From: an uncultured Actinomycetes bacterium
GTDB lineage: Bacteria > Actinomycetota > Thermoleophilia > UBA2241
Length of the DNA: 64,000 nucleotides
NCBI GenBank assembly: GCA_963755025.1
Contig: CAVWIH010000012.1
Location: forward strand, 14,017 to 78,016
Reading direction: 5' to 3'
Below the pieces are notes generated by a model. That model was given only the letters and a program-made list of their open reading frames with translations. It made no database searches and was not told where the DNA came from. A program made the translations under genes and the position numbers. Below, in pieces: positions 51,071 to 61,900 of the stretch. Each line of letters opens with the position of its first letter. Positions within the stretch are counted from its first letter, which is position 1.

Positions 51071-51098
51071 GTATCGGCACGGGGGGTCGCCGGCTTTA
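51071..51098 (-). promoter_or_regulatory. Near-consensus sigma28 (FliA/WhiG/SigD) promoter
   Basis: Minus strand TAAA-N16-GCCGATAC, 47 nt upstream of the DUF4091 start; the established consensus is TAAA-N15/16-GCCGATAA. Confidence 0.6.
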
Positions 51099-51148
51099 CG
51101 CGACGCGCCGCGGCGCAGCCGCCGCGGCGCGTCGCGGGCGCGGGAGCG

Positions 51149-52027
51149 CTAGGAGAGCGCGCCCTCTACACGATCGAGAAAGTCGTTGGCGGTGCGCATG
51201 AAGAGCTCGCGCTCCTCGTGGAACGGCGTGTGCGAGCTCTCCTCGAACAGCACGAGCTCCGAGCCGGCGATGGCGGCGTGGATGTCGGCCAGGTGGTCGG
51301 CCCTGATCTCGTCGTAGCGGCCGCCCATGACGAGCGCCGGCACCTTGATCTCGCCGAGCCTGCCGAACACGTCCCAGTCACGAAAGCGGCCGGTCACGGT
51401 GAACTCGCTCGGCCCGTTCATGGTCTCGTAGACCACCGGACTCATCTCGGCGAAGGAACGCTCCAGGCCGGCCGGCCAGGGCTGCAGCCGGCAGAGGTGG
51501 CGTTGGTAGAAGACGGCCACTGCGCCGAGGTACTCGGGACACGACGTGAAGCCGGCGGCCTCGTGGCGCGCGATGACCTCGCGCACCTCGGCGGGCAGCT
51601 CGGCGAGTAGCGCCATGCAGCCTTCGACCCAGCGCGGCATGCTCGCCGGGCTGCCCGACATGAGCAGGCTGACGAGGCCCGCCGGCTGGTAGTCGAGGAT
51701 GTACTGCATGGCGAGCTGACCGCCCCACGAGCTGCCGAACAGGTGAAAGCGGTCGAGCCCGAGCGCGCCGCGCACCGCTTCGAGCTCGCGCACGAAGTGC
51801 GGCACCGTCCACAGCGAGGTGTCGTCGGGCCGGTCAGAGCGCCCGCAACCGAGCTGGTCGTAGAAGATGACGCGGCGCCGGTCGCCCAGGTCTTCGAGCG
51901 GGTCGATGTAGTTGTGCGTCATGCCGGGCCCGCCGTGCAGGCAGAGCAGCGGCATGCCGCCCTCGCCGACGCTGCGATACCAGACACGCCCCCCGGGTAC
52001 GTCGATCATGCCCTCATGGATCTTCAC
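51149..52027 (-). CDS. Proline iminopeptidase / L-amino acid amidase family alpha/beta hydrolase (copy 1)
   Basis: LHGGPG, YDQLGCGRS, GSSWGG, MNGPSEF, GRYDE, SSH. Confidence 0.9.
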   Translation of the reverse strand: MKIHEGMIDVPGGRVWYRSVGEGGMPLLCLHGGPGMTHNYIDPLEDLGDRRRVIFYDQLGCGRSDRPDDTSLWTVPHFVRELEAVRGALGLDRFHLFGSSWGGQLAMQYILDYQPAGLVSLLMSGSPASMPRWVEGCMALLAELPAEVREVIARHEAAGFTSCPEYLGAVAVFYQRHLCRLQPWPAGLERSFAEMSPVVYETMNGPSEFTVTGRFRDWDVFGRLGEIKVPALVMGGRYDEIRADHLADIHAAIAGSELVLFEESSHTPFHEERELFMRTANDFLDRVEGALS

Positions 52028-52055
52028 GATCGCCCCCCGCCCTCGACGACCGCGC

Positions 52056-53591
52056 TCATGGCTCGATGCCGACCGGCTCGGGCTGCGCGCCGACGCCCGC
52101 GAGGCCGCCGTCGGGCGCGCCGATGGGCTCGTCGACGAACACCATCGCGGTGTCGGCCAGCCGTTGCGGATGGCGGTTGTGCAGGTAGACGAGGTACACG
52201 ACGCCGATCGCCATCCACACCCCGACGACCGGTCCCGCCAGCGAGATCGGGTAGGAGAGCTTGGCGACGAAGCTGAAGGCGGGGATGCCTGCGGCGGTCA
52301 GGAACACCGGCACGAACACAGCGATCCCCAGCAGCGGGATGAGGCCGTGCATGATCACGTTGAACTCGGCGCGCTGAAAGCGCCAGTAGTAGGTGATGCA
52401 GGCGATGAGCACGGCGATGTAGACGAGGATCAGGATCAGCGTGAAGATCGTCGCCATGAGCAGGAAGGCGGTGTACGGCGAGTACTGGAAGCCGAGCCAC
52501 AGCGCCAGCGCCAGGGCGATCACCGACTCGACCATGACCGCCACATGCGGCGAGCGGAAGCGGGGGTGCACGGTGGCGAGCATCTTGGGGAACAGGCGGA
52601 TGCGCCCCATGGCGTACCAGGTGCGCGTGGTCACGTTCGAGGCCGCGTTCGCGTTGGCGAACTCCGAGTTGACGATGGCGACCACGACGACCAGCCAGCC
52701 CACGCCCCACACCGACTTGGCCATGTGGGTCCAGGGGTTGTTGTCGTTCAGGCTGGCGAAGCCCGTCATGTGCCCGGGGCCGATCCACACGGTGGCGGCG
52801 TAGGTGGTGAACACATAAAAGGCGCCGATGGCGAGGCACGAGAAGACGACCGCCTTGCGGATCGTGCGCTTGGGGTCGCGCGCCTCTTCGGCCAGCGGCA
52901 CCGCCGACTCAAAGCCGGTGAAGGCCAGGATGGAGTAGACGCAGGCGGCGATCACACCCGACATGCCCATGCTGCCGCTCACCGTGGCGTGCTGCGTAGT
53001 GAACACCGACAACGTGTTGCGCCCGCCGGCATCGATGATCAGCCAGACCGAGAGCGCACCGATCACGATGATCTCGAACACGCCCAGCCACGTGCCGGTC
53101 TTGGTCGAGACCTTGACGCCGCGGTAGCCCAGCCAGAACACGACCGCGAGGCCGACCACGACCCAGGCCCACCACCAGCCGGTCGACCAGCCGAACTCGG
53201 TGTTGAAGAAGCCGGTCGCCACGATGCCCAGCAGCAGAAAGCAGAGCGACACCATGAACGGTTCGGCGAAGGCGTAGCCCCAGGCGACGAGGAACCCGAC
53301 CCAGGGGTGCAGGCCCTTCGAGGTGTAGGTGCAGAAGTTGCCCGCCGACGGTAGGTGGCGGGCGAGCTCGCCGATCGTGAGCGCCACGAACATGCAGGCG
53401 ATCAGCGCCAGCACCGTGGCCAGCGGCAGGGCGCCGGCGGCGAACGACGCGCCGGCCGGAATGGAAAAGGCGACCGCGCCGGCCGGCGCCATGGCCGTCA
53501 CCGACTGAAACAGGACCTCGCGCAGGCCGATGGCGTTGCGCTCGAGACTGGGACCCTCATGTCCGGCACCGGTCACAGTACCCTCCTTCAC
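52056..53591 (-). CDS. APC family amino acid/polyamine permease
   Basis: About 12 TM segments; MAPAGA, PSAG, FTGFESAVPLAEE, HPRFRSPH. Confidence 0.9.
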   Translation of the reverse strand: MKEGTVTGAGHEGPSLERNAIGLREVLFQSVTAMAPAGAVAFSIPAGASFAAGALPLATVLALIACMFVALTIGELARHLPSAGNFCTYTSKGLHPWVGFLVAWGYAFAEPFMVSLCFLLLGIVATGFFNTEFGWSTGWWWAWVVVGLAVVFWLGYRGVKVSTKTGTWLGVFEIIVIGALSVWLIIDAGGRNTLSVFTTQHATVSGSMGMSGVIAACVYSILAFTGFESAVPLAEEARDPKRTIRKAVVFSCLAIGAFYVFTTYAATVWIGPGHMTGFASLNDNNPWTHMAKSVWGVGWLVVVVAIVNSEFANANAASNVTTRTWYAMGRIRLFPKMLATVHPRFRSPHVAVMVESVIALALALWLGFQYSPYTAFLLMATIFTLILILVYIAVLIACITYYWRFQRAEFNVIMHGLIPLLGIAVFVPVFLTAAGIPAFSFVAKLSYPISLAGPVVGVWMAIGVVYLVYLHNRHPQRLADTAMVFVDEPIGAPDGGLAGVGAQPEPVGIEP

Positions 53592-53641
53592 GACGCGCCG
53601 GCGGCGCCGGCGGCTCTGGCATGTTCACGGACGGCCATGGC

Positions 53642-54529
53642 TTAGACGGCGGCGGCGTGCTCGACCGCGCCCAGGAACTCGTCGACCACGGCGACGTAGG
53701 CTTCGGGCTCTTCTTCGTGGGCGTAGTGACCGGACTGCTCGAACACCGCGAGGCGCGCTCCGGCGACACCCTCGACGATCGTCTGCGCGCAGGCCGGCGT
53801 GATCTCGTCGAAACGGCCGACGGTCACCAGGGTCGGCGACTCTATGCGGTGCAGGTCGGCGGTGCGGTCCCAGTCGCGCAGCGGGCCGATCACGTCGAAC
53901 TCCGTCGGGCCGTTCATGGTCAGGTAGACCTGATTGCCCTCGAGCTCGGCGACGCTGCGCAGGGCGCAGTCGGGCCAGGGGTCGAGCCGGCAGAGGTGGC
54001 GGCGGTAGAACGCCATGACCGCGTCCTGGTAGCGCGGGTCGTCGTAGGCGGCGCGGGCACCGAGCTCGCGCAGGGTCGTACGCTCGGGCTCCGGCATCTC
54101 GTCGATCAGGCGGTGCGCCTCGGCCACGAACTGCGGCAGGCTGGCCGACGTCGAGGCCAGCACCGCGCCGGCTATGCCGACCGCGCCGCGGGTGAGGTAC
54201 TCGATGGACAGCCAGCCGCCCCACGACTGCCCCAGCAGATGGCACCAGCCCAGGCCCAGCGCGGCGCGCACCTGGTCGAGCTCGCGGCACGAGCGGTCGA
54301 TGGTCCAGAGGCTCGTGTCGTCGGGCTTGTCGGACCGGCCGCAGCCGAGCTGGTCGTAGATCACGACCGGGCGCCGCCGCGCCAGCCGCTCGGCGAACGG
54401 CTCGAGGTAGTACGATGCGGCGCCCGGGCCGCCGTGCACGATGAGGACGGGGACACCGTCGGGTGGACCGAGGCGACGGTACCAGACGCGTCCGCCATCG
54501 ACTGAGACACTGCCTGTGCGGCCTGCCAT
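53642..54529 (-). CDS. Proline iminopeptidase family hydrolase (copy 2)
   Basis: ATG 54529; VHGGPG, YDQLGCGRS, GQSWGG, MNGPTEF, GRFDE, SGH. Confidence 0.9.
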   Translation of the reverse strand: MAGRTGSVSVDGGRVWYRRLGPPDGVPVLIVHGGPGAASYYLEPFAERLARRRPVVIYDQLGCGRSDKPDDTSLWTIDRSCRELDQVRAALGLGWCHLLGQSWGGWLSIEYLTRGAVGIAGAVLASTSASLPQFVAEAHRLIDEMPEPERTTLRELGARAAYDDPRYQDAVMAFYRRHLCRLDPWPDCALRSVAELEGNQVYLTMNGPTEFDVIGPLRDWDRTADLHRIESPTLVTVGRFDEITPACAQTIVEGVAGARLAVFEQSGHYAHEEEPEAYVAVVDEFLGAVEHAAAV

Positions 54530-54611
54530 CGCTGCCCTTTCGCCGTAGACGACGCTCTCCACCGCGCACGGTGGACGGTTGCCCGGAAGGTACGCTGAAA
54601 GCCGACCGCTG

Positions 54612-54660
54612 TGAACAGGGCGACACCATAGTTCTATACTGTGTCTTACCTATGAGTTCA
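54612..54660. promoter_or_regulatory. AT-rich imperfect inverted repeat in the divergent promoter region; candidate operator
   Basis: TGAAC..GACAC-c-ATAG-tt-CTAT-act-GTGTC..GTTCA; overlaps TATACT (54635-54640). Confidence 0.4.
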
Positions 54661-54701
54661 TCCGGCCCGACACAGACCTGTCGACGGCGCGGCGGCGCGG
54701 C

Positions 54702-55900
54702 GTGATCGACGCCAGGCAGCGCCGCCGCGACGTGGCGCCCGACGCGGCGCCGGCGCCGCCCGCCGCGGGCGCGGCCCCGGGCGAGGGACCGGCGGCCATC
54801 CGCGGCGCCCTGGCCACCACGCTCGGCTGGCGGCGCGAGCCGGCGCTCGCGCTGCGCGCGGGCGCCGGCTCGCGCCACGGCGACCCGCTGGCCACGACGT
54901 CGGCGACCGGCGACGCGGCCGCCCGAGGCTTCGACGACTGGCGCCCGTCGCGCTCGTTCGACTACGCCGGACTCGCCGTGCAGGTGCTCGCCGAGCCCCG
55001 CGGCGGCGAGGAGCCCAGTCGCGAGATGATCCCGGCCGACGTCACGGCCACGGTGCTGCGCATGATCGTCGAAGCCCACTTCGCCGTGTGGTACGTCTGG
55101 CACGTGCCGACCGCGTTCTGCCTGGTGCCCGGCCTTGAAGGGCTCCTGCACCTGCCCCACGACGCGGCTCCGACCTTCACCGAGGAGTGGTTCGGCCTCG
55201 TGCACCCCGACGACCTGCCCCGCCTCGTGGCCGAGAACGACCGCGCGCTGCGCGACATCTCGTCGTTTCGCAGCGAGTACCGCTTGCGCCGCGGCGACGG
55301 CGAGTACGTCTGGGTCAGCGACTGGGCGATCGTGCTGGCCGGACCCGACGGCGCCGCCGAGTGGATGGCCGGCGGCATCCGCGACATCACCGTCGACAAG
55401 GCCCTCGAGCTGGCGCGCCTGTCGCTGCGCAACCAGACGCAGGCGCTCGAAGAGCGCAACGTGGCACTCAAGGTGCTGGTCGACCAGCGCCGCGACGACC
55501 TGGACGCCCTCCGGCTGTCGGTCACCGACAACGTCGAACAGCTCGTCATGCCCTCGCTCGACCTGCTCGCCGACGCCCTGCGGGGCCGGCCCGAGAGCGC
55601 CCTGGTCGAAGCCGTCAGGCTCACGCTCGGCGAGATCGACGCGGCCCCTGCTGGCCCGCCCCGACGGCGCGTCGGGGGGCGGGCCACGCCTGAGCCGCCG
55701 CGAGTACCAGGTGCTGCAGCTCGATCAGGTCGGGCAAGACCACCGACGAGATCGCCCAGGCGCTCTGCCTCTCGCCCACGACGGTCACCTTCCATCGCGG
55801 CAACATCCGCCAGAAGATGGGCCTCCACGGCACCGGCCGGCGCTTGGCGACCGAAGTAGCCGCGAGCGCGACCGGCGGCGTACGGCCCGCAGGGTCCTGA
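54702..55900 (+). CDS. PAS plus coiled-coil plus LuxR-type HTH transcriptional regulator (frameshifts near 55640 and 55722)
   Basis: PAS_3 motifs VHPDD and EYRLRRGDGEYVWV..RDIT; HTH LSRREYQVLQL then GKTTDEIAQALCLSPTTVTFHRGNIRQKMGL ending at TGA 55898-55900. Start uncertain. Confidence 0.82.
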
Positions 55901-55937
55901 TGCGGCCCGCTCCCCTCGGCGCCACCGACGCTCGCCG

Positions 55938-56519
55938 ATGACCAGCCCGCGCCCCGACGGCGAGCTCGACGACTACCTGCGGCAGGTGACGATCGGCCCG
56001 CTCGAGAGCCCTGCCATCCGCGTCGTCGAGTACGACCGCGACTGGCCGCGGCGGTTCGCTCGCGAGGCCGACGCGATCCGCGCGGCGCTCGGCTCCCGGG
56101 CGCTGCTCGTCGAGCACATAGGATCGACCGCGGTGCCCGGCCTCGCCGCCAAACCCATCGTCGACGTGCTGCTCGTCGTGCGCGACGCGGCCGACGAGCC
56201 CGCCTGGCTGCCGGCCCTCGAGGCGGCAGGCTTTGTCCTGCGCGTGCGCGAACCGGACTTCCACGAGCACCGCATGCTGCGCACGCGGGCCAAAGACGTG
56301 CACCTGCATGTCTACTCGCCCGACTCGCCCGAGATCGCGAGGAACCTGGCGTTTCGCGATCGCCTGCGCGGCGACGCCGCCGACCGCGCCCTGTACGCCG
56401 ACACCAAACGCCGCCTCGCCGCCCAGAGCTGGCCCGCCATGCAGCACTACGCAGAGGCCAAGACCGCGGTCATCGAGGCCGTCATCGCCCGCGCCACGGC
56501 GGCGCCGGAGCAGCCGTGA
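55938..56519 (+). CDS. GrpB family (UPF0157) nucleotidyltransferase-like protein
   Basis: YDRDWP, EHIGSTAVPGLAAKPIVD, HLHV, LAFRDRLR, YAEAK. Confidence 0.9.
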   Translation: MTSPRPDGELDDYLRQVTIGPLESPAIRVVEYDRDWPRRFAREADAIRAALGSRALLVEHIGSTAVPGLAAKPIVDVLLVVRDAADEPAWLPALEAAGFVLRVREPDFHEHRMLRTRAKDVHLHVYSPDSPEIARNLAFRDRLRGDAADRALYADTKRRLAAQSWPAMQHYAEAKTAVIEAVIARATAAPEQP

Positions 56520-57505
56520 CCGATCCCGGCGCCGAGAGGGAGGCGGGGAGCGCACCCGTCGCCGGGGGAGCGTCCGTCACCGAAGGAGCGCCGGCCGCCG
56601 GGGTCGCCCGCCGGCGCCGCGACCTGGGCGTGCTCGCCCTCGCCGTCATCGCCCCCGTATGGGGCTACGGCTGGGTGGCGTCGAAGGTCGCGCTCGACTA
56701 CTCGACGCCGCTCACCTACGCCGCCCTGCGCGCCGGCCTCAGCATCCCCTGCCTCTTCCTGGTGCTCGTCGTGGCGCGGCGCCCGCTGCGCCCCACACCC
56801 CTGGGCTACACGCTGGCCATCGGCCTGCTGCAGACCACGGGGTTCGTGGGCCTGGGCGTCTGGGCGTTGTCGAGCGGCGGCGCCGGCAAGGTCGCGGTGC
56901 TCACGTACACCATGCCGTTCTGGCTGCTGCTCCTGGCCCGCGCGTTCCTGGGCGAGCGCCTGCGGGGCACGCAGTTCATCGCCGTGGGCCTGGCGCTGGC
57001 TGGGCTCGTGCTGGTGGTGGCGCCCTGGCGCCTGCACGACCTGGCGAGCAGCCTGCTGGCGGTCGGCAGCGGCGTCGCCTGGGCGGCCAGCGCCCTGGTC
57101 GTCAAGCTCCTGCAGCGCCGTCACGACGTCGACGTGCTCTCGCTCACGACCTGGCAGATGGTCTTCGGTTCGGTGCCGCTGGTGGCCATCGCCTTGCTCG
57201 CCCACAGCCCCGCTCCGCAGTGGACCGCGGCCTTCACGGCCGCGCTCGTCTACACGCTCCTGCTGGCCAACATCCTCGCCTGGGCGCTGTGGACCTACGC
57301 CTTGCGCGCCCTGTCGGCCGGCGCGGCCGGCCTGGGCACGCTGGCAGTGCCAGCCCTCGGCGTGCTGGCGGCCTGGCTGCAGCTCGGGGAGCGGCCCGAC
57401 GCAGTCGAGGCCGCCGGCATGGCCCTGATCGTTGGCGCGCTCGCCGTGCTCGCCTGGCAGGGCATGGCCGCCGGCCGCGGCGCCGCGCCGGCGCGCGCCG
57501 GCTAG
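56516..57505 (+). CDS. EamA/DMT family transporter
   Basis: VWGYGWVASKVAL, VLTYTMPFW, LGER; about 10 TM segments; GTGA overlap with grpB. Confidence 0.88.
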   Translation: MTDPGAEREAGSAPVAGGASVTEGAPAAGVARRRRDLGVLALAVIAPVWGYGWVASKVALDYSTPLTYAALRAGLSIPCLFLVLVVARRPLRPTPLGYTLAIGLLQTTGFVGLGVWALSSGGAGKVAVLTYTMPFWLLLLARAFLGERLRGTQFIAVGLALAGLVLVVAPWRLHDLASSLLAVGSGVAWAASALVVKLLQRRHDVDVLSLTTWQMVFGSVPLVAIALLAHSPAPQWTAAFTAALVYTLLLANILAWALWTYALRALSAGAAGLGTLAVPALGVLAAWLQLGERPDAVEAAGMALIVGALAVLAWQGMAAGRGAAPARAG

Positions 57506-57547
57506 CGTTCGCTGTCTCGCCTGACGACACAATCTCCCGCCGAGCCG

Positions 57548-57575
57548 TCAGGATGTGCCTCGTGCATTCCGATAA
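57548..57575 (+). promoter_or_regulatory. sigma28/WhiG-like promoter motif
   Basis: TCAG-N16-TCCGATAA, 49 nt upstream of ATG 57625. Confidence 0.45.
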
Positions 57576-57624
57576 GAGCGACGGGTGGCGCAACCACCGA
57601 AGCGAGGAACGAGAGGTACACACG

Positions 57625-58644
57625 ATGAGACACGGCACGAGACTCCTCCTGGTCGCCGCCGCGCTGGCCCTGACCCTCGGCTTGGCGGCGCAGGCGCTCG
57701 CCGCGCCGCTGCCGGCGCGCGCTCCCACAGCCACGCCCAGCGCGCAGGCGTTCGCCTGCCTCGGCAAGGTCAGTGCCGTCGACACCACGGCGGGCACCGT
57801 GACCGTCACCGTCAAGCACGCCTCGCTCGCCCTGCAGGGCTCGCTCGGCCAGAGCCTGCTGCTCACGGTCACCAGCGACAGCACGCTGACGACCGTGAGC
57901 CACGGCGCCCGGCAGCCGATCGCGCTGGCCGGCGTGTCCGTCGGCGCCCTGCTCATGGCCCGCGGCACCATCGACGCCAGCTCCGGCTCGCCGGTCTACG
58001 ACATCGGCGCGGCTTGCGCCTGGACGCCTTCCTACCACGCCCGGTTCCTCTGCCAGGGCGCCGTGTCGTCGGTCGACCTGCAGGGCGCGACGCTCGCCGT
58101 GCGCGTGGCCCGCGGCTCCAGCGGCCTGCGCGGCTCGATCGGCAAGGACATCACCATCGACGTGCCCGCGAGCGCCAAGATCGTCGCGCTGACGCGTCGC
58201 TCGGCGGCCCCGACGACGCTCGACCAGATCACCGTGGGCGACCGCGTGCTGATCGTCGGTCACGCCGACCGCACCGACCCGACCGCCCCCGTGTTCGTGG
58301 CCGCGCACATCCTGGTGCGCCACGTCGTGCCGGTCGACCAGCTGACGTGGTTCTCGTGCTGCGGCCAGGTCACCGCGGTCGACACCGACCTGGGCACGAT
58401 CACGCTGACCGTGACGCGCGGCACCCGCGCCGTGCACGACGCCGTGGGCGGCAGTCTGACCCTGGCGACGACCGCCACGAGCGTGCTGCGCACGCTGGCC
58501 GACGGCGCCGTGACCACCGTCTCGCTCTCCGACCTGACGGTCGGCGAGCAGATCGCGGCCACCGGCTCGATCGATCGCACCGATCCTTCAACCCCCGTCT
58601 TCGACCTCGGCCACGGCTTCGTCTGGCAGGCGCCGGTCTCGTAA
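57625..58644 (+). CDS. Secreted protein of three ~100-aa repeats (OB-fold/DUF5666-like)
   Basis: GAGG then ATG 57625; signal peptide ending AQALA; repeats begin FACLGKVSAVD, FLCQGAVSSVD and FSCCGQVTAVD and each contains a v/tVG motif. Confidence 0.75.
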   Translation: MRHGTRLLLVAAALALTLGLAAQALAAPLPARAPTATPSAQAFACLGKVSAVDTTAGTVTVTVKHASLALQGSLGQSLLLTVTSDSTLTTVSHGARQPIALAGVSVGALLMARGTIDASSGSPVYDIGAACAWTPSYHARFLCQGAVSSVDLQGATLAVRVARGSSGLRGSIGKDITIDVPASAKIVALTRRSAAPTTLDQITVGDRVLIVGHADRTDPTAPVFVAAHILVRHVVPVDQLTWFSCCGQVTAVDTDLGTITLTVTRGTRAVHDAVGGSLTLATTATSVLRTLADGAVTTVSLSDLTVGEQIAATGSIDRTDPSTPVFDLGHGFVWQAPVS

Positions 58645-58763
58645 GGGCCGACGCCCCGGGCCCGGGGCCACCTTCCCGGAACAACGGCACCCGCGGGGGC
58701 GGGCGCGGCCACCAAGCCGTGCTCGCCCCCGTACTCTCGTGCGCGGCCCCCGCCGGCGATGCC

Positions 58764-58834
58764 GGCGATCCTTCCGCCTGCGACGCAGGCGACCCCCGAC
58801 CTGCGACCCGGGCGACCCTCCGGCCTGCGACGTA
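58764..58834 (+). repeat. Three imperfect 23-24-bp intergenic tandem repeats
   Basis: GGCGATCCTTCCGCCTGCGACGCA, GGCGACCCCCGACCTGCGACCCG, GGCGACCCTCCGGCCTGCGACGTA. Confidence 0.65.
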
Positions 58835-58983
58835 GGCAGATGTCCCATCTACTTCACGGGTGGTGCTGCCGAGTAGGAAACAGACGGTCGAAGTCCAAGT
58901 AACAGCCGTCGCCTGTTCCGAACGGCCTGAGGGGGTCCGCAAAGATGACCATCACGTGGCGATCGCAACGCCGAAGCCCCACC

Positions 58984-61900
58984 ATGCGCAGCGCCGTTCA
59001 GGCCAGCGCGCGGGCCGCAGCGAACGGCGACCGTCACGACCACCACGACCGTAGGTCTGTCCTGCGACCGCTGCGTGCGTCGAGCTTGGCGGCCGTCACC
59101 CTGCTCGCCGCTCTGGCGCTCGCGGCGGCGATCGCGCCGAGCGCCGCGCGCGCCGCGACCTACAACGCCTGGACGGCGCAGACGTCGGGCGTCACGTCGA
59201 CCCTGTACGGTCTCTCGTTCACCGACGCGAACAACGGCTGGCTCGCCGGTACCGGCGGCGGCGTGCGCCACACCACCAATGGCGGCGCCACCTGGGCGGC
59301 GCAGACGTCGGGCACCACGCAGAACCTGCGCGGCATCTTCTTCATCAACTCCCTGACCGGCTGGGCTGTCGGCAACGGCGGCGCCGTCACCCACACGACG
59401 AACGGCGGCGCCACATGGGCGACGCAGACCTCGGGCGTCACCGGCACGATCTACGGCGTGTCGTTCGCCGACGCGAACAACGGCTGGTTCTGCACGACCG
59501 GCGGTGTGGTGCGCCACACGACGAACGGCGGGATGACGTGGACCGCCCAGACCACCGGCATCACGAGCACGATCTATGGCATCTGGTTCACCGACGCCAA
59601 CAACGGCTGGCTGGTCACCACCGGCGGCGGCGTGCGCCACACCACCAACGGCGGCACGAGCTGGACGCCGCAGACGTCGGGCACCACGCAGCAGTTGCGC
59701 GGCGTCTACTTCCTGAACTCACAGGTCGGCTGGGTCACCGGCAACACGGGCGCCATCTGCCACACCACCAACGGCGGGACCACCTGGTCGGCGCAGACAT
59801 CGGGCACCACGCAGACTCTCTACGACGTGTACGCGACCGACGCCAACAACGCCTGGGCGGTCGGCGGCGGCGGCGTGATCTACCACACGACCAACGCCGG
59901 CACGACCTGGGTCGCGCAGACCTCGGGCACCACGCAGGCGCAGCGCAGCGTCACCGGCGCCGGCGGCAGCCTGTGGGCGTGCGGCGCCGGCGGTACGTGT
60001 CGCACGTACCTGGTCGACGCCACGCCGCCGGTCACGACGGCGACCGGACTGCAGACGAGCGCCACGACGGGCTGGCAGACCTCGAGCCAGACCGTCACTC
60101 TCGCCGCGACCGACGCCCAGTCGGGCGTCTCGGCCACGTACTACAAGGTCGACGGCGGCGCGCAGCAGACCTACGGCGCTCCCTTCGCGGTGTCGACCCA
60201 GGGCTCGCACAGCGTCGTCTACTGGTCGGTCGATGCCGGCGGCAACACAGAGGCGCAGCACACCGGCTACGTCAATATCGACGCCACGGCGCCGACCACG
60301 ACCGCGACCGGGCTGCAGGGTGCGAACAACACCGGCTGGCAGACGACCGGGCAGACGGTCACCCTCACGGCGACCGACGCCGTCTCCGGCGTCGCCACGA
60401 CGAACTACACGCTCGACGGCGGCGCCACGCAGCTGTACGGCGGGCCGTTCGTCGTCTCGGCGAGCGGCACGCACACCATCGTGTACTGGTCGACCGACAA
60501 CGCCGGCAACGCCGAGACCAAGAAACAGGGCTATGTGAACATCGACACGTCGGCGCCGACGACCACTGCCACGGGCCTGCAGCCGAGCGCGACGACCGGC
60601 TGGCAGAACGTGAGCCAGGTCGTGAGCCTGGCCGCCAACGACGCCCTGTCCGGCGTCGCCGCGACCTACTACACGATCGACAGCGGCGCACGCCAGACCT
60701 ACACGAGTCCCTTCGCGATCTCGGCGCAGGGCTCGCACAAGGTCACCTACTGGTCGGTCGACGCCGTCAACAACACGGAGACGCCGGCCGGCGTGGGCTA
60801 CGTGAACATCGACACGACGGTGCCCACGGTCTCCGACAGCAGCGACTCCGCCTGGCACAACAAGCCGGTGACGGTCACGCTGACGCCTAACGACACCGGC
60901 GGCAGCGGCCTCGCCGGCACGCAGTACAAGCTGCAGGGCGCCTCGGCCTGGAGCACCGCGACGGGCAATCAGTTCACTGTGCCGGCGCCCGCCGACCACT
61001 CGGGCGACGGCGTCCACGTGTACCAGTACCGCGCTCTCGACAACGCCGGCAACTCGAGCACGATCGGCAGCTGCACGGTGTGGATCGACACGACGCCGCC
61101 CACCACGACGCCGGTCGGCCTCGCCGCCGACGACCTTTCGGGCTGGCGCACCACGAGCCAGACGGTGAGCCTGACGGCCGACGATGGCCTGGGCTCAGGG
61201 GTCACCGGCATCTCGTACACCGTCGACGGCGGCGCGCCGCAGGCCTACAGCACGCCTTCACGGTGTCGACCTCGGCCAGCACGCAGTGACCTACTTTGCC
61301 ACCGACGCCGCCGGCAACGTCGAGAGCGCACACACGGGCTGGGTCAACATCTCCAACCCTACGCCCAGGCGACGGCAACCTCGCGCCGCCGAAGCCAGTC
61401 GGACTGGCAGAAGCCGCCGACCACAGTGACCATCACCGGCGGCCGGCGACCACGCGCCGATCAGCGTCTCTACGGCATCGACGCGCGGACGCCAGAAGGC
61501 GGCCGCCAACCCGGCGAGTTCACGGTGAGCGCCGAGGGCAAGCCATCCGGTCGCGTTCTTCGCCACGAACGGCCTGGGGCTCGAAGCCTCCACGAGAGCG
61601 GCTACGTGAACGTCGATCTCCACCGCGCCGGTCACCACGGCCGACGGCCTGCAGGCCAGCGGCACCAGCGGCTGGCAGACGAGCGGCCAGACGGTCACCC
61701 TGCACCGGGCCGACAACCTCTCCGGGCGTGAGCGCCACGTACTACACGGTCGACGAAGGGGTCGACCCAGCGTCTACGCCGGCCCGTTCCTGGTGAGCGG
61801 CAACGGCTCGCACCCGGTGACGTACTGGTCCGTCGACTGCGCCGGCAACATCGAGGCGCACGGCGTCATGCAGAACACCGGCTACGTCAACATCGACAGC

